From Eledone cirrhosa (taxonomy: Eukaryota), in the NCBI GenBank assembly GCA_964016885.1, contig OZ024742.1:256742001-256806000 (forward strand): a DNA stretch of 64,000 bases, read 5' to 3'. How positions within the stretch are numbered: position 1 is the first letter of the stretch; each line of letters begins with the position of its first letter. Shown one piece after another: positions 45,261 to 59,446 of the stretch. The position numbers and the translations under genes were made by a program. The notes beneath the pieces are model-generated. The model had not been told where the DNA came from. It worked only from the letters and a program-made list of their open reading frames with translations, and made no database searches.

Positions 45261-45612
45261 GTGGAAAAGTAAGGTACCAGAGAATAGACCGTTAAAACAT
45301 GTTTATTTAAAACAGCACTTACGTACGTTTCGCCCGGTTGGGCTTCTCAAGGGCATAGATAACCAAAAGTGTTCCTTACATTGCTCGGAAAGTGTTTTGG
45401 GGGTTAAATTCACGTGAAGGTTCATTGATCGCTATTTTTGCTAGCAATGAATCTTGACGTGTATTTGACCCTAAAAACTCTTTCCGAGCAATATAAGGAA
45501 CACTTTTGATTATTTATGCCTTTGAGAAGCCCAACCGGGCGAAACGTACGTAGGTGCTGTTTTAAATAAACATGTTCTAACGGTCTATTCTCCGATTTCT
45601 TACGTTTCCACG
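45260..45612. repeat. Imperfect palindrome of about 350 bp with two opposed U3-A8 HHRs; family of 11850-11965
   Basis: TTGAGAA-gccc aacc gggc-GAAAC-gtac-GTA at about 45522-45552 (+) and about 45320-45350 (-). Confidence 0.75.
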
Positions 45613-45772
45613 TGCTTACGCTCTGCTAAATCTCAAGCCCACTAAATATTAACACTTCGAATATTTAATACTGCCGGCACTAGTATCAAGCACCTTTGGC
45701 ATACGCTACTTGGCAAATAACTATATGTATCACTTATCCTCTCCTTTTTTTCTCTCTCTTGATACGTAAATA

Positions 45773-45847
<75 letters not shown>

Positions 45848-46511
45848 AACATCGTTTTGGATTTATTTTGCAATTTCTTATCTGAAAACGTGAGTTGAAA
45901 AAATATTGTTATGATTTGGAGGGTCATAATGATTATAAAAACACACGCACCTGACGGGTTTTCATTTTATTTATTATGAATTTCCGACTGGTTGGTTGCT
46001 TCTATAACCAGATCGTTGTTTATATATTGTCAAAGTTCTTTGGCCACACATTCTATGACCTCCTCATTTACGATGTTTTTATGTTGTGTCTCTCCATTGT
46101 TCTGTACTACTTGTGTTTGTGTGTTGTGTTTTGCGTGCTCAGTTCCCCCATGCGTTACGTGGCGGGGAGGGCGGTCGTGTGAATATCGAACCAAACAACC
46201 AACCGGAAATTTATAATAAATTGAAATTGAAACGAATAGGTGCGTGTGATTTTATTGGCAATATGTATAACAAAGTATGACAATACATACACTCACACAC
46301 ACTTATATATATATTTCGTTTCTGAATTTGTTTAGCAAGATTTTTATCTGAAAACGTGTGTTGAAACCGATATTGTTACACTTTGGGAGGGTCATGTTGC
46401 CAATAAGCAACACACGCACCAGTTGCTTTCACTTCAATTTATTATAATAAATTGAAGTGAAAGCAACTGGTGCATGTGTTTCTTATTGGCAACATGACCC
46501 TCCCAAAGTAT

Positions 46512-46650
<139 letters not shown>

Positions 46651-46829
46651 ATATATATATGTATATATATATATATATATCCATTAGAGGTTTCACAGCT
46701 CTTATGCTTTTCAAAAGTAAAATTGAGATGGAGGGTTTGTGGTTTGTCTCGCATATGTTTCTTATTCGAATGTTCTTTCTGCCTCGAATTGCTCTTTCTT
46801 TTTAATTAATCATTTAAAAAGACACAAAT

Positions 46830-47440
46830 AGTGAAACTAACATCTACTACAAACTACCAGATTCTAAACATTAGCTGCTATTCACCTGCAGCTATACAAA
46901 GCACAGGAAGACGAGCATCCCTTTTAATCTAGCAAGAATTATTTGCACAATTGTCTCCAATTATGAAACATGGCGAAAAAGACTTTAAGAATTAAAGGAA
47001 ATTATTCTCGAAAGACAGTACCCACCGCTATTATTAGATAATGGAATAGAAAGGGCTAAATCAATAGATATTGAAGGATTCCGGAATCTGAAAGAAACTC
47101 AAGGTAATCCAATATTGTATCATATATCTTTATACACAACCCAAGATATACGGAAGCATACAGCATTATTCACAAGAACATCCAACTATTGAAACAAGAC
47201 CCAAGAATGATATATGCACTTTAAATACACAAAATACTCAAAAGCAAAATACAACTTAAATCACTGAAAACATTACGCACCAATTGCCAATTTACCCACC
47301 ACAAAACCAAAATAAATTGTCAAAAAATATGGTCGGAATTTGCACACCTGTCATTGAAGGCACAATGTATATATTTAAATCAGGACAACGTTTTTTGTAG
47401 AATATCATTTCACTTGCTCATCAAAATTTCTACTACACCA
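46830..47440 (+). pseudogene. Decayed Neptune-like PLE fragment between inverted pLTR pieces (about 46685-46800 and 48000-48105)
   Basis: TNIYYK..DSKH, IPFNLARIICTIVSN, YPPLLLDNGIERA, homologous to the 6662-8533 ORF; many stops. Confidence 0.75.
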
Positions 47441-48164
47441 TTTCCATTTCTACTAATAGATTCAATCTTATTTCAATTATCAAGATGATAAATCGCTTTG
47501 ATACTTACACACAAATGAAATAAATATATTTCTCTTTTCTACCTGCCTATATCAATGCCGCCACCACCAGTATCAACACAAACATTCAATTTATTTCAAT
47601 AGAAAGTCTGAATTTTGACACCTCAGCTCGATATCAGCCATACTCACTAAACCAGAACTATTTCTCCCCCTCCCATTTCTTGACCATTATCCGTTGTTTG
47701 GCACAAAACATTCTATGACAAACCTACCTATATTATATGGCCAATCATATGACCGGGACCGACAATTAGAATGGCAATAAAGAACCCTCAAATATTAAGT
47801 GAAGCGAACTTTGATATACTTATTAACGTGAAACTCGTCAACCAACCAAATTTCACAATAAAAAAAACAACCATTTGAACCAAATTTTTTAAGGCATATA
47901 CAATAAGAACTTTGAACCACGAACTGACGCGAAATGTATTGTAATTGTTCGCGTGACAGTCATCAACCAACAAAACTACTTTTTTTACAAAACCAGCAAT
48001 TCGAGCACATAAAACAGAAAGAACTTTCGAACAGATGCAAGATAAACTGCAAACCTCCCATTTCAATTTTACTTTTGAAAGCATGAGAACTATGAAACCT
48101 GTAAAGGCAATAAATAAATATGCTTAAACAGAATCCAGATGCATTTTTCATTTCCTCTCCTCAT

Positions 48165-48500
48165 ATATATATATATAGTGAAATAAGATAACAAGGACGA
48201 TTAGTTACTCCTTCATTACGTTTATTGGTTGGTGACGCGCGTTTCGCCACTGATAAACTCAAGGTTCGATCTGTATCGATCTGACCCGACTCTGTAACCC
48301 GTGACTCGGCAGATCCCTTGTAATATAAATGGAAAAATGAATATACATGCACATTACAAAGTGTCTGAAGAGCCGCGGATTACAGAGTCGAGTCAGATCG
48401 ATACAGATCGAAGCTTGAGCTGATCAGTGGCGAAACGCAAGCCAGCAACCAATACACGTAACGAAGGATTAACCAATCTTCCTTGTTATCGTATATTACT
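48165..48500. repeat. Inverted repeat pair with a long-stem-II HHR (48361-48445, +); relative at 49195-49282
   Basis: CTGAAGA-gccgc...gtggc-GAAAC; the inverted arm keeps GAAAC-gcgc-GTC. Confidence 0.65.
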
Positions 48501-48600
48501 ATAATGCACTCTGTCCAGCTCTACACCACGACACTGAAGTGAACCTAAACATTGAGTGCTCACCCGAGTGAACCTACAGTAACTCCAAGGTACACTCGCT

Positions 48601-48661
<61 letters not shown>

Positions 48662-48725
48662 TTCATTCATAAGTATATATATGCATATATACATGCACAC
48701 CTACTTATATATATATCTATATATA

Positions 48726-48808
<83 letters not shown>

Positions 48809-49115
48809 CTGCCAGATATTTACACAAAAAATAACATCAATGCACATATGCAGTACAAACATTGAAACTTACATTCAATCACACATATGAATCCACTACC
48901 ACATACCCCACGAATGTATGCATAATATACACAAATGTGATACTTTCAACAATATGCCTTTCAAAAAGCAAACACGTTCAATCATATACCAATAATATAA
49001 ACACTAATACACACACACTTCAAATTGCGTACGTCGAACATAAAAAGGGTGAAACAGATAAGATCCTTGTACCTCTGGTTGTTGTATCCTAGAACTACAT
49101 ATATATATGAACAAA

Positions 49116-49155
<40 letters not shown>

Positions 49156-49280
49156 AAATGGATGAGGTGTTAAAATTCCATTACAGTTATTGTGGTGTGA
49201 TGCGCGTTTTGCGTTTGATCAGCTCAATGTTCAATCTGTATCGATCAGGACCTACTCTATAATCAAACGCTCGTCGGAGG

Positions 49281-49348
<68 letters not shown>

Positions 49349-49399
49349 TATACATATATATATACATATATATACATATATATATATATATATAGAATC

Positions 49400-49752
49400 A
49401 TAAAAGCGAAGTAGTTTCAGATGTTAAAGTCCTTTAGTGATAATGCTGTGATACATATTTCAATGACGACAGTAGCCACATGCTTCGGTGTCCCAGTGCC
49501 GTGACATCATCAGACAGCTTCTTACATAATAAGGTTATGTTTCCGAGGCAATCCAATTGGAATCGACAAGGGAAACGGACAAAGCGTGTGCTCTTGAATC
49601 GTTCACCCGTTCACTTGTGAGTCCTAATTCAGCCCCACCAGTCTGCGCAAGCCAAAGCCTGAAGGAAGTTGACCCATCGACTACCCCAAATTTCTACATA
49701 ACCTGCCTAGGTAGGTCCCCCGTCTCAACCAGACCAGTCTGTAATATGACAC
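49400..49752 (-). repeat. Dispersed repeat (second copy about 54330-54690) with a decayed HHR
   Basis: aaagcgaagtagtttcagatgttaaagtcc.. in both copies; minus strand CTGATGA-tgtc..gaca-cc-GAAGC. Confidence 0.7.
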
Positions 49753-50781
49753 CGTTATAGTTTACTGCTAGTTGCCCTGCCAGTGGCAGTCGGCCGAAAA
49801 TATAGTGGTGGTGGGAGAGTATGAGTTTCAATAGGTCCCAATACTACCCCTAAATTATGCTTGGACAAAAGAATTGACCATCACCCGCTAGGAGAATATA
49901 TACCTATTTCTAGGTATTATGATTTCACAGTGGAAATTATGATAGAGGATTAGAAATTTAAAAAAAAATTACAAGTTATTATCTTGATTGAAGTAAGTAA
50001 AATATGTACATATAATAACTAATAAATAAAATAACTAATAAATAGGGAAATGTTTAAATTATAGTAAGAAATTTTGAAAGTGGGATCAATATTACAGATA
50101 TATTGAACGATAGTACCGTACAGTAGAATGGAGGGTAAATTACAGTATGAAACGTAGTAATTAGGCAAATACATAGTTAATATTTCTATCACATGAATCA
50201 AATAAAAAAAAAATATATAAAATACAAAAAATACATAGATGCAAAATCTGATAGTAGATATATATGAGAAATATATACGAGGAAGGTAAACTGTATTGGA
50301 AATGAGGGTATAATTGGTTTAAATGATTGTCAATTTTGTCCATGTAATGTGCATATAAAAATTCGTTATCTGGTAAAGTGAGGGAGCTTCCGTTCAAGGC
50401 CTCTGTGAAAATGCAATTTGCTGCAGGAAAATAGGGGTTTATCGTTGTTTCTAGTTCCGCGTATTTATCCTGTCGAAAGTTAGTTCATAATTTTATGTCC
50501 GTCCAGTAGCAGGGATTTCCAGTGTGGGTAATCAATCCCCATAGTAGAGGGAATTTCCAGGTGTAGCTGATGGCAGGTTCCTCTCTTCTCCGTTATAGTT
50601 TACTGCTAGTTGCCCTGCCAGTGGCAGTCAGCCAAAAACCTAAAGGTGGTGTGAGAGTATGAGTTTCAATAGGTCCCACTACTACCCCTAAATTATGCTT
50701 GGAGAAAAGAATTGACCATCACCCGCTAAGAGAATATATACTTATTTCTAGGTATTATGGTTTCACAGTGGAAATTATGAT
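49752..50781. repeat. Direct repeats of about 190 bp (49752-49942, 50591-50781), pLTR-like
   Basis: ccgttatagtttactgctagttgccctgccagtggcagtc...gtggaaattatgat occurs twice. Confidence 0.8.
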
Positions 50782-50783
50782 TA

Positions 50784-50854
<71 letters not shown>

Positions 50855-50857
<3 letters not shown>

Positions 50858-53011
50858 TTTGCTGTGGAAAAATGTTTGGAGATGATCATTGAGAGTGAGG
50901 TGGAGTTCTGCGACGTCGACACAGACGAACTGGGCCTCCTACTCAGACTTACCTACCACACTGACTACCTAGACAGCCATGACCTTAGATGTTTCTGCCC
51001 TAGTAGACCCATAAGAGGTAGACCCCCCCATCGTAATCTCAATGGGAAAAAAGACTCCCATGGGAAGGTGGATTAGGTGGACCAAAGCTATACGTACCTC
51101 CCAAAACAATGATCAGGTAAGAAAAATGGTCGCACATGCAATAGGGGCTAGTATCAAAACTACCCTCCAGGGCCACATATTCAAGTTCAACGAGAAGATC
51201 TACACCCAAAATGAGGGAGCAGCCATTGGCTTCAGCATAGCTGGTGATGCTGCCAACCTTTTTATGGTATGGTGGGAAAGGAGACTTAAATATCTCCTTA
51301 ATGAGAGCTCCATAGACCCATCATGTACTCTCGTTATGTAGACGATATCAATATAGTTATAAGAACATCCCCACTAGAGAGCACTAACAAGTTTGATTTA
51401 GAACGTAGCACAATGGAAAGCATCCAGCAGATAGCTAATTCCATACACCAGAGTATAACTGTAACTATCGACTACCCTTCCAAACACCCTAACAATAGAC
51501 TACCTGTATTAGACACGGAACTCTGGATTAACACTATAGACGAGAGAGCACAAATCCTCCACTCACACTATGCTAAACCCATGGCCTCCAAATACCTGAT
51601 ACTCAAAAACTCAGCAATGTCCAGTAGTGGTAAGTTTAATATTCTGATCGCAGATTTGGTACCAGTGATGAAGAATGTGTCCCACATGTGCGACCCAACA
51701 GAAATGGAAAGACACATCCAACACTTCATCAACCGCATGCAGTTATCTGGCTACAACAAAAGAGAAAAAAGTCAGAGTATACGAAGGAGCCATGGAGAAG
51801 TATAAGACCCTCATAGAACAGGACATGAAAGGAATTTTCCCATTATACAGGAGCAAATCATGGAATAGCTTAGATAGGGCTAGACATAAGATAGTGAAAG
51901 CCACCTCATGGTACGACAACCAGAGATACCAGAGTGTCATGTTTGTGGACGCTACCCCTGGAGGGAAATTAGCTAACCAGTGTAGAAAGGCCCTGAGAAA
52001 GACCCACTTAAAGATTAAGGTGGTAGAAAAGCCAGGAACCACCATAAAATCCCTGATCAGCAAAACCTACCCTTTTAAGAAAACCTACTGTACTAATAGG
52101 AAATGTATCATATGTAAGGTAAACTCCCGGATAAACTGTAAAACTAGAAACGTAGTCTACAGCATAAGATGTACAGAGGGTACTTGCAGAAACATGACAA
52201 CGACATACATAGGCGAGACAGCTCGTAGCATAGGTGAAAGGATAGACCAACACTGGTGGGAACTAAAAGGACGAAAAAACGGCTCAGTACTATACGAACA
52301 TGCTAGACAACAACACGACGGAAACATTGACAACATAGAAATTAGAATAATATCTAAACATAGAAATGACCCAGCAGATAGGCAAATCAGAGAGGCCAGT
52401 GAAATAGAACTTAGAAGGCCAAGACTAAACAGAAAGAATGAATGGAATAACAACAACACCCAAACAAACAACACTGACCTAAGAGAAGTATAAATAAATA
52501 AATAGATAAATAAATAAATAAATAAATACATACACAAGCACAATAACAACAAACACATATAAACACACACTAGTAAACATAGAATACATTAACCAATACA
52601 CAGTCACCCAATCACGAACACACAGCAAACAAAACACTATACACACACACAAACGCATGCGCAAAGAAGACAAAATAAAATAAACAAAAAAACAAATTAA
52701 TAAATAAATATCTAAACAGACTAAATAAAGATGGCGTAGACATACAATGTAACGGGAGGAAACAATAGCACCACTGACGTTGTTGCAGATGTGCAACGAA
52801 AGAACTTCGAGAAACTATATATATGTGTTTGTGTCTATATTGTATCTGTATTATTTTTGACCGTTGGTCAGTCAATGGCAACATTGAGGACGGAATATAT
52901 TAGATAACCGATATAAAAGACACAGAGCGAAAAGCGAAAACCAACCAAACAGTGAGTGTGTTCTGTTATTAATTCTGGCAATATTACACAAATATGACCC
53001 TCCCCAAGTAT

Positions 53012-53016
<5 letters not shown>
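50855..53016 (+). mobile_element. 5'-truncated, frameshifted PLE (Neptune/Nematis-like) with 3' pLTR, between (AT)n tracts
   Basis: YTQNEGAAIG, YSRYVDDINI, LPVLD, CTNRKCIIC, NVVYSIRC..YIGETAR..ER..H; pLTR 52740-53016 similar to 40640-40945. Confidence 0.9.
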
Positions 53017-53088
<72 letters not shown>

Positions 53089-53232
53089 GAGTTTATGCTG
53101 GTTGTATACCAACACCTCAGTATGCAGACTGGAGCACTCGACGAAGTGCGCAGGTAGGTTTGGTTACTCCGGAGTAGTGTAAAATAAAGTTAAATAAAAG
53201 TCAAATGATTAAAATTTAGCTTCGTTTATTAC

Positions 53233-53284
53233 TGCTATATATATTTCAGTGACAACCATCTTTGGCTGTGACCTCTTCAGGCAG
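53233..53284 (-). ncRNA. Type I HHR with (AT) palindromic stem III
   Basis: ctgc-CTGAAGA-ggtcacagcc aaagat ggttgtcact-GAAA-tatat-ATA-gcag. Confidence 0.75.
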
Positions 53285-55914
53285 TTTGAATTAGTTTGGT
53301 ATAGACAAGTACATATGTTGTTTAGGTGTATAATATTGTCAATACTCTGATATGCCCAGTTCCTTGTTGGGTTATTATTTCACTGAGGAACTGGAGTCAT
53401 ATGAATTCAAACAAACCAATTTCAGTGTCAAAGGTCCTCTTCTCCTCTCATTGGTGAGTTATTAGAATATTCCTCATTCTAAGTGTTGTTATTGTTGGAG
53501 TTATCTTAACAAATTTATAAAATGGTAGAAGGGACAAGGTGTTAAAGGAACAAAATAACAAAAAAAGTGTCAAACTTCCCATTGGTCAGTTCTGAGAGCA
53601 TTCCTCAGTCAGAAGTCTTTACGATTCTTTCTTGGGTGAGGCTCCCTGTAGTGTTTTTGCTTGCTATTGTTCAGTACATTTGACCTCTACCATTATTTTG
53701 GTAGTTTTGTTGGTGTTGTGGTCAGCTTATATCTTGCTGCTGCTAACAATTTAGAAGTATCCAGTGTGTGTTTTTTCTTCATCCCTCCTGCCACCATCAT
53801 AGTAGTGGTGGTGGTGGGTGGGGGTTATTCCATGTATATGAAGAAATATCAGGCAATAAATGAAGAAAACAGAAAGTAAATAAATAATATAATAAAATAA
53901 TTAATATAATTTGTATAATTTGAAAATAAATAAATTAATAGAGAATAAAGAATAAATGAAAAATTGGTGAAAAAGTAATGAAAATGAATATGGAGAAGTG
54001 AGAAATAATGTAGGATAAAGTGTGTGTGTGCTATAACCAATCATGAGGTCAGAATATGTTGGATATATTGGTATGAGACAAGATGTTAAGATGAGATAAT
54101 CAAACTAAATGTGTTTGTATTATAATCAATCTCAACTTAAAAATAAATATAAGGTGATACAGTGAAAGGGCAGAAAACAAATAACAAATTAATAAAGAGA
54201 AATCAAGATTTAAGATTGGAATTTGAAAATCAAAATTCTAGTAAATTAAAAACTGAAATATATAAACGAAGCTACATTTTAATCATTTGACTTTTATTTT
54301 TAACTATATATATATATATATATATAATAAGAAAGCGAAGTAGTTTCAGATGTTAAAGTCCTTTAATAATAATGCTGTGATACATATTTCAATGACAACA
54401 GTGGCCACACGGTTCGCTGCGCCCAGTGCCGTAACATCATCAGACAGCTTGTTACATAATAAGGTTATGTTTCCGAGGCAATCCAAATTGCATCGACATG
54501 GGAACGGACAAAGCATGTGCTCTTGAATCCTTCACCCGTTCCCTTGTGAGTCCCAATTTACCTCCACCGTTCTGCGCAGGCGCAAGTCCGAAGGAAGTTG
54601 ACCATCAACTACCGCAGAGTTCTACGAAACTCGCTTAGACATGTCCCCCTCTCAACCAAACAATGACCTCATTCAGGCCTGTAATATGACAGTCCATATA
54701 GAGCTGGCATGCACAGCAAATTAGGAAATACTAATAAAAATGACTTAATCGGCTAAACGTAGCTTCATCGGGGAGATAAATTATCCCCTTCGGAACACGT
54801 CGGTGCTAGCGTACAGTCTTGTTTTCAAGTCACAATTTCCTTCGTAATCGGTTTCCTTCTATATGTCGTTGGGTTTAACTAATTCAGCTGTTTATCTGCA
54901 GGCAATGAGCCCTGAAGGTTAGCATTTTGTGCTCTATATTTATGCAGATTATACATTTAGATAACAAACCAACAGAAATTAAATATAAATTACATAAACC
55001 TTAGAACATTTGCCACCCATTTGTCCAATGTCTTCAATTTATCGCAGTGATTAATTGTTAGTACAGTGTTAAATAAACTCTCTAACTAGAATTGATTAAA
55101 TCCGTGTCTTGAATATATTAGTAACTTAACTAGTGAATAATTGCTTTACACATACTTTGATTTTTTTCATTCTCATTTTTAAGTATATTTTTATCTTTTT
55201 ACTTGCTCTTAATTCTATCAGTCTATGCAATTAATAGTATTAAGCATAAGCACTGTTGAATTTTAATTGGTGCACACATAAAATATACAATAAACGCAAT
55301 ATATATCACAAATAGTTATATGTACCCACGAGCGAAAAGAACAACTACTGGCTCATAATCGATTTCCATACTAAAAGTGTGCTCCTCTGATATAAATTGT
55401 CAACACGCACATGTAGCACATTAGCCCGTTATATTAAAACTATTGATGTTTGTTATGGCTCTCGGTGCTCTTAGTTCAAAATCTTTCGTGGTCAAATTTG
55501 AATTTGTCCTGAAATAAATTATTAGCACAGTGTGCTGAACACAAACCAACAGCCATCGTAGGAAATTAAAATATGCCAAAAATAATACACTTGAATGAGT
55601 TTTGTTAGAGTGTACTCTATGATGTTTTTCCTATTAATGATAGTATCAAAATTGTTTCTCTCATTACTCAGAAAGCTTCGTAACTAATTTTCTTTTCATA
55701 AACAAACACACGCGTGTACATAGAATCCATCCTTCTTACACTACTGTTATGTGCATCTGTTCTCTCCCTATTCTACCTTTCCTGAAGAAGGAGTTCCGTC
55801 CAAAAGGTTGACTTATTCTCCACTACACCAAGCGAGAACGTCATATAACTGTAATATTGCCTCCTGTGCTTTGTTTGTTTCATTTATTAATTATTTATAT
55901 ACATAAATACATAC

Positions 55915-55951
<37 letters not shown>

Positions 55952-56249
55952 ACATGAGAAGAAAGAAGAATACTGCGTGGTTTGTACATGGGTTACATAT
56001 GATAAAAATAGTCATTCGTCAGTGATTTTACAACCATCATTGGTATTTCATCGCATATGTGTGTGTGTGTGTGTGTCTGTGTGTGTGTGTGCATGCGCGC
56101 GCGCGTGTGTATATGTCTGTATGTGTGTGTGTGTGTGTTGGGATGGGTGTGTGTGTGTATGTGTGTGTGATATAATAAATACGGAGACCAAAATCAGGAA
56201 TTCCTCTAATAGGCTGAATGGAGAATTTTTTGCTGAAACTTAAATCTGT

Positions 56250-56300
<51 letters not shown>

Positions 56301-58116
56301 TTTTCAGGGTGACTCTTTATCACCGCTTTTACTCTGCATCGCACTTATACCATTAAGTAAAATGCTCAATGAAACAAAACATGGATATAGAGTCTATGAC
56401 AAAACCATTAATCACCTGTTCTACATGGATGACCTGAAACTATTTGCAAAAAATGATGAACAATTGCAAGGGCTATTATCCACTGTGAAGCAGTTCAGTG
56501 ATGACATTAAAATGGAGTTTGGACTGGATAAATGCGCCAAAGCAACGTTCACCAGAGGAAAGCTGCTGAAGAGTTCAGACATTAATCTTGATCGGAGGAA
56601 CGTGATAAGAGAGCTTGATCAAGAACAAACTTACAAATATCTAGGTGTTTGTGAAGGAGACGGAATCAAGCACTCGACAATGAGGGAAAGGATAAGGAAG
56701 GAATGTTACCGCAGAGTCAGAGCAATCTTAAGAACGGAATTGAATGCAAGGAATAGGATCGATGCCATAAACACGCTTGCCATACCAGTAGTAACCTACA
56801 GTTACAATGTCATCAACTGGTCAAGCACAGAGATCCGTAGGCTCGATACAAAAATCCGAAAATTCTTAACCATGCACAGAATGCATCACCCTAAGGCAGA
56901 CATAGATAGAATATATCTCCCTAGGAAAGAAGGAGGACGTGGGTTAATCCAGTTAGACATTGCGTTGAAAACTGCAACAATTGGATTATCCACATATCTA
57001 AGGGAATCACATGATTGGATGATCAAACTCGTTTTGAAACACGAAAGCACCAAAAGATCATATTCCATTACAAAAGATGCACAAAGATACAGTAATGGAC
57101 TACAAATTTCAGAAGTCCCATTTACTGCTGAAATGGAAAACACAGAAAAAGCAAAGCAGGTAAAAGTAACTGCAAAGAAAGAACTGCTACAGAAACTGGC
57201 TAAGAAATGGCAAGAAAAGCCTCTGTATGGAAAATACCCAGAGCGAGCTAACAATCCTGATGTTGACAAAACTTTAACCCATCAGTGGTTGGCATCCTCT
57301 GGACTGAAATCGGAGACTGAAGGACTGATTATATCCGCACAAGATCAGTGTCTGCCAACAAAAAATTACCAAGCCAACATAATAAAAAATGGGTGCAGCC
57401 CATTATGCCGTGTATGCAAAAAACAACCAGAGACCATTGACCATATAATTTCAATGTGCAGTCCTATAGCTCCAACCGAATACCTAAACAGGCATGACAG
57501 AGCTGCACAATACATACATTGGATAATGTGTAAGCATTTTGACCTGCCCCATCAAAAGAATTGGTGGGAGCATCAACCACCTCCCATACTTGAAAAAGAT
57601 CACATCTCAATCTTGTGGAACTTTAGCATCCAAACAGACCGAAAAATAGATGCAAATAGACCTGATATAATATTGAAGGACTTCAAAAAGAGGGTATGCC
57701 TGCTAATTGATATGTCTGTTCCCTATAGACAAGAATGTATCTATAAAAACATTTGAAAAATTGAGCAAGTATAAGGACCTGGAGATAGAAATTGGAAAAA
57801 TGTGGAAATTGAGAACTAAAACAATACCAGTGGTTGTAGGCGCTCTGGGAATGATACCTAAAGGGTCTAAGGATTACTTATCGCAAATCCCAGGAAACCC
57901 GCGTATAGGAGAAATACAAAAGATAGTACTAATGGGAACTGCCCATATACTAAGGAAGATTCTGTCAATATAAGTACATCACAAGTCTAAACACTAAAGA
58001 TGCATGTGTGAGTATGTATGTTCTTTCTTGAACATGGCGGATCTTGATGTCTCTTGAGGTCACTGGTAGTGACTTGGTGATAATTCGTATGAACATAAAG
58101 CAAGATAAATGCAACT

Positions 58117-58117
<1 letters not shown>
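56301..58117 (+). mobile_element. R4/Dong-like non-LTR retrotransposon, 5'-truncated, inserted in (TAA)n
   Basis: FQGDSLSP, HLFYMDDLK, GGRGL, CRVC..ETIDHIISMC, RHD, RPDII..IDMSVP, KYKDL (restriction-like endonuclease); frameshift near 57722. Confidence 0.9.
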
Positions 58118-58171
<54 letters not shown>

Positions 58172-58174
58172 TAA

Positions 58175-59430
58175 AAAATTCTTAACCATGCACAGAATGC
58201 ATCACCCTAAGGCAGATATAGTTAGAATATATCTCCCTAGAAAGGAAGGAGGACGTGGGTTAATCCAGTTAGACATTGCGTTGAAAACTGCAACAATTGG
58301 ATTATCTACATATCTAAGGGAATCACATGATTGGATGATCAAACTCGTTTTGAAACACGAAAGCATCAAAAGATCATATTCCATTACAAAAGATGCACAA
58401 AGATACAGTAATGGACTACACATTTCAGAAGTCCCATTTACTGCTGAAATGGAAAACGCAGAAAAAGCAAAGCAGGTAAAAGTAACTGCAAAGAAAGAAC
58501 TGCTACAGAAACTGGCTAAGAAATGGCAAGAAAAGCCTCTGTATGGAAAATACCCAGAAAGAGCTAACAATCCTGATGTTGACAAAACTTTAACCCATCA
58601 GTGGTTGGCATCCTCTGGACTGAAATCGGAGACTGAAGGACTGATTATATCAGCACAAGATCAGTGTCTGCCAACAAAAAATTACCAACCCAACATAATA
58701 AAAAATGGATGCAGCCCATTATGCGTGTATGCAAAAAACAACCAGAGACCATTGAACATATAATTTCAATGTGCAGTCCTATAGCTCCAACCGAATACCT
58801 AAACAGGCATGACAGAGCTGCACAATACATACATTGGATAATGTGTAAGCATTTTGACCTACCCCATCAAAGAATTGGTGGGAGCATCAACCACCTCACA
58901 TACTTGAAGAAGATCACATCTCAATCTTGTGGAAATTTAGCATCCAAACAGACCGAAAAATAGATGCAAAAAGACCTAATATAATATTGAAGGACTTTAA
59001 AAAGAGGGTATGCCTGCTAATTGATATGTCTGTTCCAATAGACAAGAATGTATCTATAAAAACATTTGAAAAATTGAGCAAGTATAGGGACCTGGAGATA
59101 GAAATTGGAAAAATGTGGAAATTGAGAACTAAAACAATACCAGTGGTTGTAGGCGCTCTGGGAATGATACCTAAGGGGTCTAATGATTATTTATCGCAAA
59201 TCCCAGGAAACCCGCGTATAGGAAAAATACAAAAGATAGTACTAATGGGAACTGCCCATATACTAAGGAAGATTATGTCAATATAAGTACATCACAAGTC
59301 TAAACACTAAAGATGCATGTGTGAGTATGTATGTTCTTTCTTGAACATGGCGGACCTTGTTGTCTCTTGAGGTCACTGGTTGTGACTTGGTGATAACTCG
59401 TATGAACATAAAGCAAGATAAATGCAACTG
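58175..59430 (+). mobile_element. Second, shorter R4/Dong-like copy in tandem
   Basis: Highly similar to about 56860-58117; own frameshifts; bounded by (TAA)n. Confidence 0.9.
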
Positions 59431-59446
59431 TAATAATAATAATAAT

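Noticed and set aside
56218-56300. Poly-Ile N-terminus of the 512-aa ORF (and poly-Asn near 58120)
   Set aside because: (TAA)n target tract read in frame with a truncated element
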